Below the pieces are notes generated by a model. The model made no database searches. It had not been told where the DNA came from and saw only the letters and a list, made by a program, of their open reading frames with translations. 38,383 nt of DNA from Thermodesulfovibrionales bacterium (GTDB taxonomy: Bacteria > Nitrospirota > Thermodesulfovibrionia > Thermodesulfovibrionales > UBA6898), in contig JBIOIY010000027.1 of assembly GCA_044450345.1 (NCBI GenBank), positions 1-38,383 of the forward strand. Direction: 5' to 3'. Below are positions 17,798-29,837 of the stretch, one piece after another. A program made the position numbers and the translations under genes. Positions within the stretch are counted from its first letter, which is position 1; each line of letters opens with the position of its first letter.

Positions 17798-18817
17798 TCA
17801 TGCAAACATTTTCTCAGGCATGAACGGGACTCCGTCTCTCATGATGTAAAACGCCGCCCTCGCCAGCTTGTGTGCCAGTGCACTGTGCGCAATCGGTGCG
17901 TTTGTCCTCCTCCGCTTCCGGTCATAATAAGCTCTCGCTTGAGGGTCAAGCCGTCGCGCAAGCTCTCCTGCTTCGGCAAATGCCCAGGACAGATATTTGT
18001 TGCCGTTCTTCCTGTTATTTGTCCCTTTCTTCTTGTCATTGCTGAATCTCGCAGCAGGTACCTTCCTGCAGTACGACACATAGTTGCCTACATCTGCAAA
18101 GCGATCAATAGGACCCGTCTCCATCATGATCGTCAGTGCCAGGACCCTTCCGACTCCTGGCATACTTAGGAGAAGATCATACGGCCGCTTGAGGTTCATC
18201 TTTTTTTCTACGGCCACCTCGATTGCCCTGATCTGCCTGGTAAGAGAGTCAATCGCATCCTTACTCACCCTGCCGGCAAGGGAGAGATCATCGTTGCCAG
18301 CTAAAAGCGGTGTCACCTGATCCTTCCTCAATGCCTTTATATGATTCGCATTCATCTTTGCACCTATGTTCCTGGCGAGGATGTTCTGAAGACTCAAAAT
18401 AAGAGATGTTCTCAACCTCACCAGATGTCCTCGTTTCCTCAGAAGGTCTCGGAGAGGTCTTTGTTCCCTTGGATAGATGAATCCCTCAGGCAATATCTTC
18501 AGTCTCAGCATTTCGGCAAGCCAGAAGGCGTCATCTTCGTCATCTCCATGCTTGAGTCCACAATACTGCTGCACTCTGGAGGGATTAGCTAAGTGGACCT
18601 GATAGCCTTCCTCCATCATAAGATCGACCAGCACATACCAGTTGTAAGTCGACTCCACGACAATCCCCTCAATATCCTTTTTGAATGGTCTGAGTGACTC
18701 TGAAATCAGACTTGAATCGTTCCGGAGTTTCTTCTTCCATAGTCTTTCACCATTCTCATCGATGATCCCCACAAAGGTATTGGTTGAATGGAGATCAAAT
18801 CCTGTGTACAATCCCAT
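17798..18817 (-). CDS. IS110 family transposase/recombinase (DEDD)
   Basis: GFDLH, VVEST, DEDDA, PGVG, FSND (Ser loop), GNKYL..AF, ALAHKLARA. RBS GAGGAGG precedes ATG 18817. Confidence 0.96.
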   Translation of the reverse strand: MGLYTGFDLHSTNTFVGIIDENGERLWKKKLRNDSSLISESLRPFKKDIEGIVVESTYNWYVLVDLMMEEGYQVHLANPSRVQQYCGLKHGDDEDDAFWLAEMLRLKILPEGFIYPREQRPLRDLLRKRGHLVRLRTSLILSLQNILARNIGAKMNANHIKALRKDQVTPLLAGNDDLSLAGRVSKDAIDSLTRQIRAIEVAVEKKMNLKRPYDLLLSMPGVGRVLALTIMMETGPIDRFADVGNYVSYCRKVPAARFSNDKKKGTNNRKNGNKYLSWAFAEAGELARRLDPQARAYYDRKRRRTNAPIAHSALAHKLARAAFYIMRDGVPFMPEKMFA

Positions 18818-19310
18818 AAAGCACCTCCTCAAAGGTTAAGATTGGTTCTCTTACCTCGAGCATACCGCAAACCGATATGCTCGGGGAGGTGCCCTCTATA
18901 TGATTATCAACTCAATAGTTTCAGGCGGACAAAACTCTATGAAGATTACGAACAGAATAGAAGACCTTTCAAAAGATCTGATGACGCGTGTTCCAGCCAC
19001 AAGTTTTCATTTTTTAGTAAGCAATTAAAGCGCGATTTCGAGTTGAAAGAAAGATTACCAAGACGGATCCCAAGCTCTCTTTAAAGGGCTTCGACGACGG
19101 GTTAAGCCCCAGGTGGCCATCCCCGGAGGCTTACAATTAATTCTTGTACAAATTGCAATACTATTTTACAAGAATCTCAAAGTGAACACGCTCGATTATC
19201 CCTGCCTCACGCCCGACCCATTTTCCCCAGATTCAGACGAAGTGCCGCTTGACATTTTTCCTGGGTCATTTCGCTTATGTCCCGGATATCGGCTGTGATA
19301 CTAAACACCT

Positions 19311-19667
19311 CTACCATTTCCCCCTAAATATGTTCGCGACAGTGTCAAAAAACAGATGGCTGAAAAAATCCGTCTTTATATTATATGCGTCCCAATGGTA
19401 TTCAATGATCTCCATCTCTGGGTACCACCTTATATGTAGCGTATCATGATCAAACTTAAGGTTGTTCTTACGACCCGTGACGAGATCGGTACTATGTCTG
19501 CCCCTGCATCCCGGCAGCGAGCATAATGACCTAATCGTACACCATTTCACTCCACCGGGATCTTCGACGGTGTAATACTTGATGCCTCCTTCTATTGCCT
19601 CCCTCCTTGCTGCCGCCTTTGCCTGCGCGTCGATGCCTAATATCTTTTCCATTTCACTAATCATCAC
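19311..19667 (-). CDS. hypothetical protein (118 aa)
   Basis: ORF preceded by RBS GGAGAGG; Cys/His residues (C..CSLPGCRGRH..H..HWD). No family recognised. Confidence 0.6.
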   Translation of the reverse strand: MMISEMEKILGIDAQAKAAARREAIEGGIKYYTVEDPGGVKWCTIRSLCSLPGCRGRHSTDLVTGRKNNLKFDHDTLHIRWYPEMEIIEYHWDAYNIKTDFFSHLFFDTVANIFRGKW

Positions 19668-19862
19668 CTCTCCATTACCACTTTATTCACTCCAGTTTGA
19701 CCGCAATCACTCCGAAAATATAGACCACAAAAAGGATTTTGTCAACGTTTTCTGTATTATTTGTACAGTGCCGCCCAAAGATCATTTGTCTGGTTTGACA
19801 TAGAAAGGTCGGCAGGTATCCGACGCGGGCAGCCCCACCCCTGACCGGTCTCCCTCAACCCG

Positions 19863-19964
19863 TCAGCGACGGTGCAACACCGAGATCGCGATCGCGAGTG
19901 TCGTGAGTAACGTCCTCAGCTTGTGACTAAGGACATTCCTTAGGATGAGTTTAAGTGTGATCAT
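19863..19964 (-). pseudogene. 5' remnant of a MacB/FtsX-type ABC permease gene
   Basis: MITLKLILRNVLSHKLRTLLTTLAIAISVL(HRR*) fits the typical N-terminus L..RN...K.RT.LT.L.I.I.V. Confidence 0.7.
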
Positions 19965-20232
19965 TTGTCTCTAAATAAAGCCTCTCGCCATCCCATGCCG
20001 CCGTTTTTTCGAACCTTTATTCGTACTATGTAGTAGTATATTACCTAATAAGAAGCGAGGCGGGCACCGGTTGCAAACCGGCAAGGTCAACCAGCATGCA
20101 GTGCTTCTCGCATCGGCATTGTGCAGCATATAAGTCCCCCCTTGGACGGTCGCTGGTTCTTCCTTCTGTCCGTGGGCAAAAAGATGGATGTTGCTGCATT
20201 AAACTAGTCATTACAGCATGAGGAGATTATAG

Positions 20233-21657
20233 ATGAGAATTCTCTTATTGGCCATGCCCGACAGCGTTGACATGATTGACTATTTCTGCAAGATCCCGAA
20301 TCTGGCCCTCGTTTCTCTTGCCGGCAGTCTCGAAGGACATGAGGTAAAAGTCATGGACCTGATATCGTTCAAGCCAAAGATCCGTAAACCACTTAAGGAG
20401 ATATTGGATGATTTCAGACCGCAATTCGTGGGCATGAGCGCAATGACGTTCCAGTTCGGTTCACTTCTCAGAATAGCCTCATTTATCCGCAGCCTATACC
20501 CCGATATCAGACTTGCAGCAGGCGGGTATCACGCCAGTCTACTTTCGGGAGAATTGACGTCGGGCGCCCGGGACCTCCCTTTGGATTTCCTGATCAGGGG
20601 AGAGGGCGAGCAGACGCTCAAGGAACTTATAGACGGGCTTCAAGGCGGATCTCCCGATCTCGGTGGCATCGCAGGGCTAAGTTTCAGAGAGAACGGAACC
20701 TGGATACACAATCAGGATCGCTCCCTTGCTGACTTATCCCGGCTCCCCTTACCCCGGCGTCAGACGAGGGTAAGACACGACTTTCATTTGCTCGATATGC
20801 CCATCGACGTGGCGGAGACCTCGCGGGGCTGCCTGTTTGATTGCAAATTTTGTTCCATCACCCGGATGTACGGTCATACGTTCAGGCGCTTCCCGGTGGA
20901 GAGGATTATCGAAGACCTGAAAGCCGTTCGTCTGTCGGGCGCAAAGGCGGTGTTCTTTACTGATGACAACATTACCTACGATGCGCAGCATTTTATGAAT
21001 GTCTGCCACGCCATAGTCGAACACGGGCTCAATGATCTGTTTTATATAGTACAGGTAAGTGCGGTTGGAATCGCGCAACACCCGGAATTGGCTGCCGGGA
21101 TGGGCCGCGCCAATTTCCGTATCGCCTTTGTCGGGTTCGAGTCCATGGATCCTTCGGCCCTCAAGGAGATGAAAAAGCCCACCAGCCCGGGAATTAATCG
21201 CAAGGCCTGCTCAACCCTGAGGGAAAACGGCATTGCGGTCATCGCCGGGACCATTGTGGGATATCCCGATGATACCGATGAGTCAATCCGCAGAAACTTC
21301 ATGCTGTTGAGGCAACTAAAGCCCGACGGGATCTACGCCCAATACCTGACGCCCTATCCGAAGACCGTGCTCCGCGACGAACTTCTGGAATTGGGACTCA
21401 TCACTAATCCCGACGATTACAGTTCATATAACGGCTTTGTTTGCAATGTCCGTACTAAGTATTTATCTCAACGCGAGCTTTACCGCATACTCAGGGTTGA
21501 ACTGATAAAAAGCTATTTTAATTTTTCCCTGATTTCTGGGAACTTCTTTTTAAAAAGGTATGGGTGGTATTACCTCAAGGCAATGGCCAGGAGCCTGAAT
21601 ACGAGGATTCTTAACGTGATAAGAGGAAAGGAGCGTTCTGCGCCCCTTGATGTTTGA
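20233..21657 (+). CDS. cobalamin-binding radical SAM protein (class B-type)
   Basis: B12-binding domain (VGMSAMT, AGGYHAS, RGEGE), SRGCLFDCKFC, FTDDN, VGFES, TPYPKT; RBS GAGGAG. Confidence 0.93.
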   Translation: MRILLLAMPDSVDMIDYFCKIPNLALVSLAGSLEGHEVKVMDLISFKPKIRKPLKEILDDFRPQFVGMSAMTFQFGSLLRIASFIRSLYPDIRLAAGGYHASLLSGELTSGARDLPLDFLIRGEGEQTLKELIDGLQGGSPDLGGIAGLSFRENGTWIHNQDRSLADLSRLPLPRRQTRVRHDFHLLDMPIDVAETSRGCLFDCKFCSITRMYGHTFRRFPVERIIEDLKAVRLSGAKAVFFTDDNITYDAQHFMNVCHAIVEHGLNDLFYIVQVSAVGIAQHPELAAGMGRANFRIAFVGFESMDPSALKEMKKPTSPGINRKACSTLRENGIAVIAGTIVGYPDDTDESIRRNFMLLRQLKPDGIYAQYLTPYPKTVLRDELLELGLITNPDDYSSYNGFVCNVRTKYLSQRELYRILRVELIKSYFNFSLISGNFFLKRYGWYYLKAMARSLNTRILNVIRGKERSAPLDV

Positions 21658-21668
21658 TTAGACCGTGG

Positions 21669-21711
21669 GGAAAGTCCCTTGACCGTATCGCCGGCCAAGG
21701 GACTTTCCTTT
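21669..21711 (+). terminator. hairpin between convergent radical SAM gene and carB, probable terminator
   Basis: GGAAAGTCCCTTG...CAAGGGACTTTCC (13-bp stem) followed by TTT. Confidence 0.65.
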
Positions 21712-21815
21712 AGGGACCCTGCGAAGGATCAGCGGGGTTGCAAGAAGAACAAAGAGGAGGCGCAGCCAAGTATCGTAATGAGCCCTTTTTCGAAAACGTT
21801 CATTTAGTTGGTCCC

Positions 21816-24800
21816 CTACCCTTCCCTATGATACTCCTGTATCGACTTGATGTTTATCTTCTTCTTCTTTAAACTCTCGATCGCGTAGATGACCGCACGC
21901 GCCCCTGCGACGGTGGTCGTGTAAGGCACCCCGTACTGTAGCGCGCTCCGCCGGATCGATAAAGAGTCCTTTTGCGCCTGCGCGCCGCTCACCGTGTTGA
22001 TGACAAAGACGATCTCCTTGTTCTTTATAAGGTCGACGATATGCGGCCTTCCTTCAGCGACCTTGTTGATCACCTCAACCGGGATCCCCTTATTGTCGAG
22101 AAATGCTGCGGTGCCTCTCGTGGCGATGACCGAAAAACCGGCCTCATAGAGCCTTCTGACTATATCGCATATGCCGGGCTTGTCCTCGTCCCTGATACTG
22201 ATCACGATCTTGCCGGACAGAGGTATCCTGTTGTTCACCGCGATCTGGGACTTTGCAAAGGCCCTCCCGAAGTCTTCGTCTATGCCCATCACCTCACCGG
22301 TAGACTTCATCTCCGGACCGAGTATAGTATCGACCCCCGGGAACTTATCGAAGGGGAAGACCGCCTCCTTAACAGCGATATGCTTTACGCACTTTTCCGC
22401 TGTAAGCCCGAGTTCCTTCAATGTCTTTCCTGCCATTACCTTCGCCGCTATCTTCGCAAGCGGAACTCCGGTGGCCTTGCTCACAAAGGGGACGGTCCGT
22501 GAGCCCCTCGGATTCACTTCGAGGATATAGATATCGTTCTTCTTCACTGCGAACTGCACGTTCATCAGACCTACGACCTCCAGCTCTTTTGCAAGCGCCT
22601 TCGTCTGCCTCTTTATCTCCTCTACGATCTCCGGGCTCAGGGAGTAGGGAGGGAGGGAACAGGCAGAGTCCCCGGAATGGATGCCGGCCTCCTCGATATG
22701 CTCCATTACGCCTCCGACGATAACTGCCTCACCGTCGGATACCGCGTCGACATCGACCTCCACCGCATCACTGAGATATTTGTCGACAAGTATGGGGTGG
22801 TCAGGAGATGCCTTCACGGCTCTTTCCATATAATTGCGTATTGAATCTTCGTCATATACGATCTCCATCGCCCTGCCTCCAAGCACATAGGACGGCCTGA
22901 CCATGACAGGATATCCTATCCTGCCCGCCGCAGCGACCGCATCTTCTACCGACATGGCCGTCCCGCTCTCGGGCTGCCGGAGGTCCAGTTTGTGAAGGAG
23001 TTCTTTGAACCTCTTCCTGTCTTCAGCGCGGTCTATCGAATCGGGAGATGTCCCGAGTATCCTTATGCCCTCCCTTTCAAGGGGCACTGCAAGCTTGAGG
23101 GGCGTCTGCCCTCCGAACTGTACGATCACGCCCTCCGGCCTCTCGGCATCGAGGATATTGAGGACATCCTCTATCGTAAGGGGCTCGAAATAGAGCCTGT
23201 CGGATGTGTCGTAGTCGGTGCTGACCGTCTCGGGGTTGCAGTTGACCATTATGGTTTCATACCCCAGCTCACGCAAGGCAAAGACAGCGTGGACGCAGCA
23301 GTAATCAAACTCTATTCCCTGGCCGATCCTGTTCGGCCCGGAGCCGAGGATCACGATCTTTTTCTTGTCCGTCGGGTTCGTCTCGGACTCGGCGGATTGC
23401 AGGGGCACGGCATGCCGTGCCCCTACGTCCGCAATAGTATAAAAAGGCCTTTCATACGTCGAGTAAAGATACGGCGTATACGCCTCAAACTCGGCTGCAC
23501 AGGTGTCGACCATCTTGTATACCGGCCTTATGTTATCTGCCTTCCTCTGGTTCCTGATATCCGCTTCATCTTTGCCCAGAAGCTGAGCAAGCCGCCTGTC
23601 GGAGAAACCATTTTCCTTCGCCTCTCGGAGTAGGGGCGGGGTGACCCCGCCCCTACCCTCCGCTTTGATTTTTTCTTCCATATCCACGATCTGCTTCATA
23701 TGGTTCAGGAACCAGGGGTCTATCGCCGTATGCTCATAAATCTCTTCGACGCTCATGCCGGCACGGAACGCCTGCGCCACATACCAGAACCGCTCGACAC
23801 CCGGTATCTTTAATTTCATCTTTATCTTCTCAAGGTCCCCGCCGACCTCCTCCATGCCATAGCTTCCGGACTCGAGGCTTCTGAGGGACTTCTGCAAAGA
23901 CTCCCTGAACGTCCTGCCGATGGACATTACTTCACCTACTGATTTCATCTGGGTCGTAAGTACTGGGTCCGCCTCGGGGAATTTTTCAAAGGCGAACCTG
24001 GGAAACTTGGTCACCACATAGTCGATGGCAGGTTCAAAGGACGCCGGGGTCTCCCTCGTAATGTCGTTTCTGATCTCATCGAGTGTGAGTCCCACAGCCA
24101 GTTTCGCCGCTATCTTCGCTATCGGGAAACCCGTGGCCTTCGATGCAAGGGCCGAACTTCTCGACACCCTCGGATTCATCTCGATGACCACCATCCTCCC
24201 GTCCTTGGGGTCCAGAGCGAACTGTATGTTCGACCCGCCGGTGTCCACGCCGATCTCCCTGATTATCGCGATCGACGCATCCCTCATCCGCTGGTATTCT
24301 TTATCGGTGAGCGTCTGGGCCGGAGCAACCGTGATCGAATCGCCGGTGTGGATCCCCATGGGATCGAAGTTCTCTATAGAGCAAACGATCACTACATTGT
24401 CTTTTTTGTCCCGCATTACCTCAAGCTCGTATTCCTTCCAGCCGAGGGCCGATTCCTCGATAAGCACCTGGCTCACGGGACTGAGCTTAAGGCCCTTGTC
24501 GAGGAGTTCGACATACTCCTCCATGTTGTAGGCGATACCGCCGCCTGTGCCGCCGAGCGTAAAGGCCGGTCTGAGTATGGCCGGGAAGCCGATCTCCCCG
24601 ATGATGTCCATGCCTTCCCGAACGCTGATAACTGCCGCGCTCTTCGGCACCTCAAGACCTATCTTGGCCATCGCCTCCTTGAAGAGCTCCCTGTCCTCGG
24701 CCTTCTTTATCGCATGGAGCTTTGCCCCTATCAGTTCGACGCCGTATTTTTCGATGATCCCCTTTTCCGCGAGTTCGACCGCCAGGTTTAAGGCGGTCTG

Positions 24801-25076
24801 CCCCCCCATCGTGGGAAGAATCGCATCGGGCCGTTCCTTCTCGATAATGAGTTCAAGGATTTCAGCGGTAAGCGGCTCGATGTACGTGACGTCGGCAGTC
24901 TCGGGATCGGTCATTATGGTGGCCGGGTTTGAGTTGACGAGGATGACCCTGTAGCCCTCGTCCCTGAGGGCCTTGCAGGCCTGGGTACCCGAATAATCGA
25001 ATTCGCAGGCCTGACCTATCACGATAGGGCCGGAGCCTATAATCAGTATGCTCTTAATATCTTCTCTCTTGGGCAA
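21816..25076 (-). CDS. carB: carbamoyl-phosphate synthase large subunit
   Basis: [56 protein letters not shown]-terminal MGS domain. Confidence 0.98.
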   Translation of the reverse strand: MPKREDIKSILIIGSGPIVIGQACEFDYSGTQACKALRDEGYRVILVNSNPATIMTDPETADVTYIEPLTAEILELIIEKERPDAILPTMGGQTALNLAVELAEKGIIEKYGVELIGAKLHAIKKAEDRELFKEAMAKIGLEVPKSAAVISVREGMDIIGEIGFPAILRPAFTLGGTGGGIAYNMEEYVELLDKGLKLSPVSQVLIEESALGWKEYELEVMRDKKDNVVIVCSIENFDPMGIHTGDSITVAPAQTLTDKEYQRMRDASIAIIREIGVDTGGSNIQFALDPKDGRMVVIEMNPRVSRSSALASKATGFPIAKIAAKLAVGLTLDEIRNDITRETPASFEPAIDYVVTKFPRFAFEKFPEADPVLTTQMKSVGEVMSIGRTFRESLQKSLRSLESGSYGMEEVGGDLEKIKMKLKIPGVERFWYVAQAFRAGMSVEEIYEHTAIDPWFLNHMKQIVDMEEKIKAEGRGGVTPPLLREAKENGFSDRRLAQLLGKDEADIRNQRKADNIRPVYKMVDTCAAEFEAYTPYLYSTYERPFYTIADVGARHAVPLQSAESETNPTDKKKIVILGSGPNRIGQGIEFDYCCVHAVFALRELGYETIMVNCNPETVSTDYDTSDRLYFEPLTIEDVLNILDAERPEGVIVQFGGQTPLKLAVPLEREGIRILGTSPDSIDRAEDRKRFKELLHKLDLRQPESGTAMSVEDAVAAAGRIGYPVMVRPSYVLGGRAMEIVYDEDSIRNYMERAVKASPDHPILVDKYLSDAVEVDVDAVSDGEAVIVGGVMEHIEEAGIHSGDSACSLPPYSLSPEIVEEIKRQTKALAKELEVVGLMNVQFAVKKNDIYILEVNPRGSRTVPFVSKATGVPLAKIAAKVMAGKTLKELGLTAEKCVKHIAVKEAVFPFDKFPGVDTILGPEMKSTGEVMGIDEDFGRAFAKSQIAVNNRIPLSGKIVISIRDEDKPGICDIVRRLYEAGFSVIATRGTAAFLDNKGIPVEVINKVAEGRPHIVDLIKNKEIVFVINTVSGAQAQKDSLSIRRSALQYGVPYTTTVAGARAVIYAIESLKKKKINIKSIQEYHREG
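23399..23426 (-). repeat. GTAG-type REP palindrome in frame within carB
   Basis: GTAGGGGCACGGCATGCCGTGCCCCTGC, encoding VGARHAVPL. Confidence 0.85.
23630..23656. repeat. second GTAG-type REP palindrome in frame within carB
   Basis: GTAGGGGCGGGG-TGA-CCCCGCCCCTAC, a perfect 12-bp inverted repeat encoding [10 protein letters not shown]. Confidence 0.85.
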
Positions 25077-25097
25077 GGTAACCTCTCACTAAAAAAT

Positions 25098-25190
25098 TAT
25101 TAGCTGTCAGCTTTCGGCAATCAGCTCTCAGATTACTACCACTGTTTGTTTGTCATTTCATTCGTGCCGACAAATAGCTGATCGCTGAAG
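25098..25190. repeat. inverted heptamer tandem repeats (NNTCAGC / GCTGANN)
   Basis: TGTCAGC TTTCGGC AATCAGC TCTCAG ... GCCGACA..GCTGATC GCTGAAG. Confidence 0.65.
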
Positions 25191-25198
25191 ACCTGTCA

Positions 25199-25807
25199 TT
25201 ACACTTTCAGAAACCCCTTTATCTCCTCATGCGCATCCATCACGTCCTGCATCTCCGTGTCCGCATAGATCATCCTGTCGCTGCCGTCAGCGAGTATCAC
25301 CTTCAGCATAAAGAAGGTCTTCTCCACGCCGAACCCCGGGATGACCGTCCCGTGCTGCGCTGAAATCTTTTCCACGAACTCGACGGCGTCGGGGTTTTCG
25401 ACACCGAGCTTTTTGCTTTCTATCAGTACGTTCTTCACCGAAGAAAGCGGGAGACTCTCTGTCTTCTTCCCTAGCAGACCGGAAATGGATATCTCCGCCA
25501 GTCCTTTAGAGAGATCGAAGAGGGCCTCCAGGTATCTGTCCTTAAAGACAAACATCCTGAAGAGCGGATAGCCTCCGATAAAGATGACGGCAAATGCAAT
25601 ATGCGGCAGTATCGTCCTTTTTTGCTGCATCGCCAGCGCCGTGTAGATAAGGCCTGCTACGGCAAGGGAAGAGAGCACAGATGCAAATTCTTTATTATAT
25701 ATTCCCTTGTGCAAAACACTGTCCCTCTCCGCCGAGAAATTTTCTGTCCTGAACAAAAGCAAAGAGCCTGTCCTCTCCGTCTTATATCTTTTTTCACTGT
25801 CCGCCAT
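25199..25807 (-). CDS. hypothetical membrane protein (2 TM) between carA and carB
   Basis: Two hydrophobic helices near residues 40-85; start overlaps the carA stop (TAATG). Confidence 0.8.
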   Translation of the reverse strand: MADSEKRYKTERTGSLLLFRTENFSAERDSVLHKGIYNKEFASVLSSLAVAGLIYTALAMQQKRTILPHIAFAVIFIGGYPLFRMFVFKDRYLEALFDLSKGLAEISISGLLGKKTESLPLSSVKNVLIESKKLGVENPDAVEFVEKISAQHGTVIPGFGVEKTFFMLKVILADGSDRMIYADTEMQDVMDAHEEIKGFLKV

Positions 25808-26928
25808 TATGCCGCGGCGTCCTCGATCAGGTCCCTGAACCTCCTGAAGAGATGAACTGAATCATTCGGCCCGGGCCCTGCCTCGGGATGATGCTGGACC
25901 GAAAAGACCGGCAGTTCCACATGCCGCATGCCCTCTTCGGTCCCGTCATAGAGGTTCGTATGGGTAAGTATCGCCTGCCCGTGAAGGCTCTTTATATCCA
26001 CGCAGTAATTATGGTTCTGCGAAGTGATCTCTACCTTGTTCGTAGACAGGTCCTTCACCGGATGGTTGCCGCCGTGGTGTCCGAATTTCAACTTGTAGGT
26101 ATTCCCCCCCATCGCAAGACCGAGTATCTGGTGTCCGAGACAGATGCCGAATATCGGCTTCTTCCCCATGAGCTTTTTCGCGTTCTCTATCCCATACGTC
26201 ACGGTTTCGGGGTCACCAGGCCCGTTGCTCAAGATTATGCCGTCGGGGTCCATATCGAGCACCGCCTCAGCGGGCGTCCCCGCCGGCACAACCGTCACGC
26301 CGAATCCGGCCTCAACAAGGTTTCTCAGAATGTTGAATTTGATCCCGAAGTCATACACAACTACCTCGGCATGCGTCATTTTCTTCTCCACGCCACACCA
26401 CTTCCAGCAGCCCTCTTCCCAGCGATAGGCCTCTTTTGTTGTAACGCCTTTTACAAGGTCAAAGGCAGAAATGCCGGGATGGGACCTGACCTTTTTGAGA
26501 AGGGCCGCCGGATCAAGGCCCACCGAGGATATGATCCCCATCTGGGCGCCGTAGTTCCTCAGGTGTCTCGTCAGCGCCCTCGTATCGACCCCCTGGATGC
26601 CGACGACATTGGACCTTTTCATATAATCGATGAGGCTCCCCGAAGAGCGCCAGCTGCTCGGGAAGGCGCATGCCTCCTTGACTACGAACCCTTCCGCCTT
26701 TATCCCGCCCGAGGATTCGATGTCCTCCTCGTTTATACCGTAATTGCCTATCTGAGGATAGGTCATCGTCACGATCTGACCTTTGTAAGACGAATCGGTC
26801 AGGATCTCCTGATATCCGGTCATAGAGGTATTGAAAACAACCTCTCCCATTGTCTCGCCTTCTGCTCCGAAACCCCGGCCTTCAAAGACCGTACCGTCGG
26901 CGAGCACCAACAAGGCCTTCACTCCCAT
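25807..26928 (-). CDS. carA: carbamoyl-phosphate synthase small subunit
   Basis: [44 protein letters not shown]. Confidence 0.98.
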   Translation of the reverse strand: MGVKALLVLADGTVFEGRGFGAEGETMGEVVFNTSMTGYQEILTDSSYKGQIVTMTYPQIGNYGINEEDIESSGGIKAEGFVVKEACAFPSSWRSSGSLIDYMKRSNVVGIQGVDTRALTRHLRNYGAQMGIISSVGLDPAALLKKVRSHPGISAFDLVKGVTTKEAYRWEEGCWKWCGVEKKMTHAEVVVYDFGIKFNILRNLVEAGFGVTVVPAGTPAEAVLDMDPDGIILSNGPGDPETVTYGIENAKKLMGKKPIFGICLGHQILGLAMGGNTYKLKFGHHGGNHPVKDLSTNKVEITSQNHNYCVDIKSLHGQAILTHTNLYDGTEEGMRHVELPVFSVQHHPEAGPGPNDSVHLFRRFRDLIEDAAA

Positions 26929-28216
26929 TCGTATATCCTTCCAAGAGTAATTGTGACAGCCGGGTTCGCCTTAAGCAACCATCCCTCAAAAGGGGTGTTT
27001 TTCCCTTTCGAGCTGAAACGTCCCGGGTCCACCTTGTATTCTTTTCCGGTTTCGATCACCGCGAGGTCCGCGTCTGCACCGGGCTTAAGCGTGCCTCCCT
27101 TTATTCCGACGATCACCGAGGGATTGAGCGACAGCTTCCCGATGAGTCCCGAGAGCGTCAGGACCCCTTCATCGACGAGTTTCATACTCAGCCCTATCAA
27201 AGTCTCCAGTCCCGATATGCCGGAGGGCGCGGAGTCGAACTCTCCGAGCTTCTCGTCCGTGTGATGAGGGGCGTGGTCAGTGGCGATCACATCTATCGTG
27301 CCGTCCTGGAGTCCTCTTTTCACCGCCTCGACATCCCTTTTTCTCCTCAGCGGCGGATTGACTTTCGCATAGGTATTATAGTTTCCTACAGCTTCCTCCG
27401 TGATACTGAAATAATGCGGACACGTTTCGGCTGTGATATCGGCGAAGCCCCTCTTTTTGGCCGCCCTGATAAGCTCGACAGAACCCTCCGTGGAAATATG
27501 CGCGATATGCATCCGCCCGCCTGTAAGTTCCGCAAGCGCGATGTCCCTTGCGATCATGATCTCTTCGGCCTGCGCGGGGATGCCGTTCAGTCCGAGAGTC
27601 ACCGCCAGGAGGCCCTCGTTCATCACGCCTCCCGAGGATAGGGTGAGATCTTCGGAGTGAGAAATGACAGGTACGTTCAGGACTTTCGAGTACTCCAGCG
27701 CCCTACGCATCACCAGGCTATCCATGACCGGTCTTCCGTCGTCAGAAAAAGCGATGCACCCAGCCTCCTGCATCATAGTCATTTCGGCCAGTTCCTCACC
27801 CTTTTGGCCCTTTGTAATGGCACCTATGGGATAGACGCGGCAAGCGCCTTCGTGGGCCGCCTTTCTCATTATGAACTCGGTAACACTCGAGTTGTCGTTC
27901 ACAGGGTTAGTGTTCGGCATACAGCATACAGATGTGACCCCGCCCCTTACCGCTGCCTCTGTCCCTGTCTTTATCGTCTCTTTATACTCGAATCCCGGCT
28001 CTCTCAGATGGACATGCATGTCGACCAGTCCGGGGACAACGAGCTTCCCGCCGGCGTCGATGATCTTTTGATCAGGAGAATTCATTTTTTTGCTTCTGAC
28101 TTCCGCACCCTTGGACTTTCGTACCTCTTTGATCTTTCCATCCTCTATCAGGACATCACAGATCCCGTCTATCTCCTGCGAAGGGTCTATGACCCGGCCG
28201 TTCCTTATCACAATCA

Positions 28217-28220
<4 letters not shown>
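26919..28220 (-). CDS. pyrC: dihydroorotase (type I)
   Basis: [41 protein letters not shown]. Confidence 0.97.

Positions 28221-29837
<1,617 letters not shown>

Larger units (their letters stand above)
17395..18908 (-). mobile_element. IS110-family element, IS1111 subgroup (about 1.51 kb)
   Basis: Subterminal inverted repeats ATTTAGAGGACACCT (17398-17412) and AGGTGCCCTCTATAT (18887-18901), 13/15 match. Ends inferred using the usual 3-nt and 7-nt offsets. Long non-coding region downstream of the transposase. Confidence 0.85.

Noticed and set aside
18788..19084. 98-aa ORF, or a gene interrupted by the IS
   Set aside because: It spans the IS end, and rejoining the flanks gave no convincing start or recognisable protein.
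20050..20090. c-di-GMP-II riboswitch (GGGCAC, GCAAACCGGC)
   Set aside because: The motifs are too close together; the intervening stems and kink-turn are missing.
25888..27264. Long plus-strand ORF (458 aa) and similar antisense ORFs across the window
   Set aside because: These are shadows of well-supported genes on the opposite strand, as expected with GC-rich codon usage.
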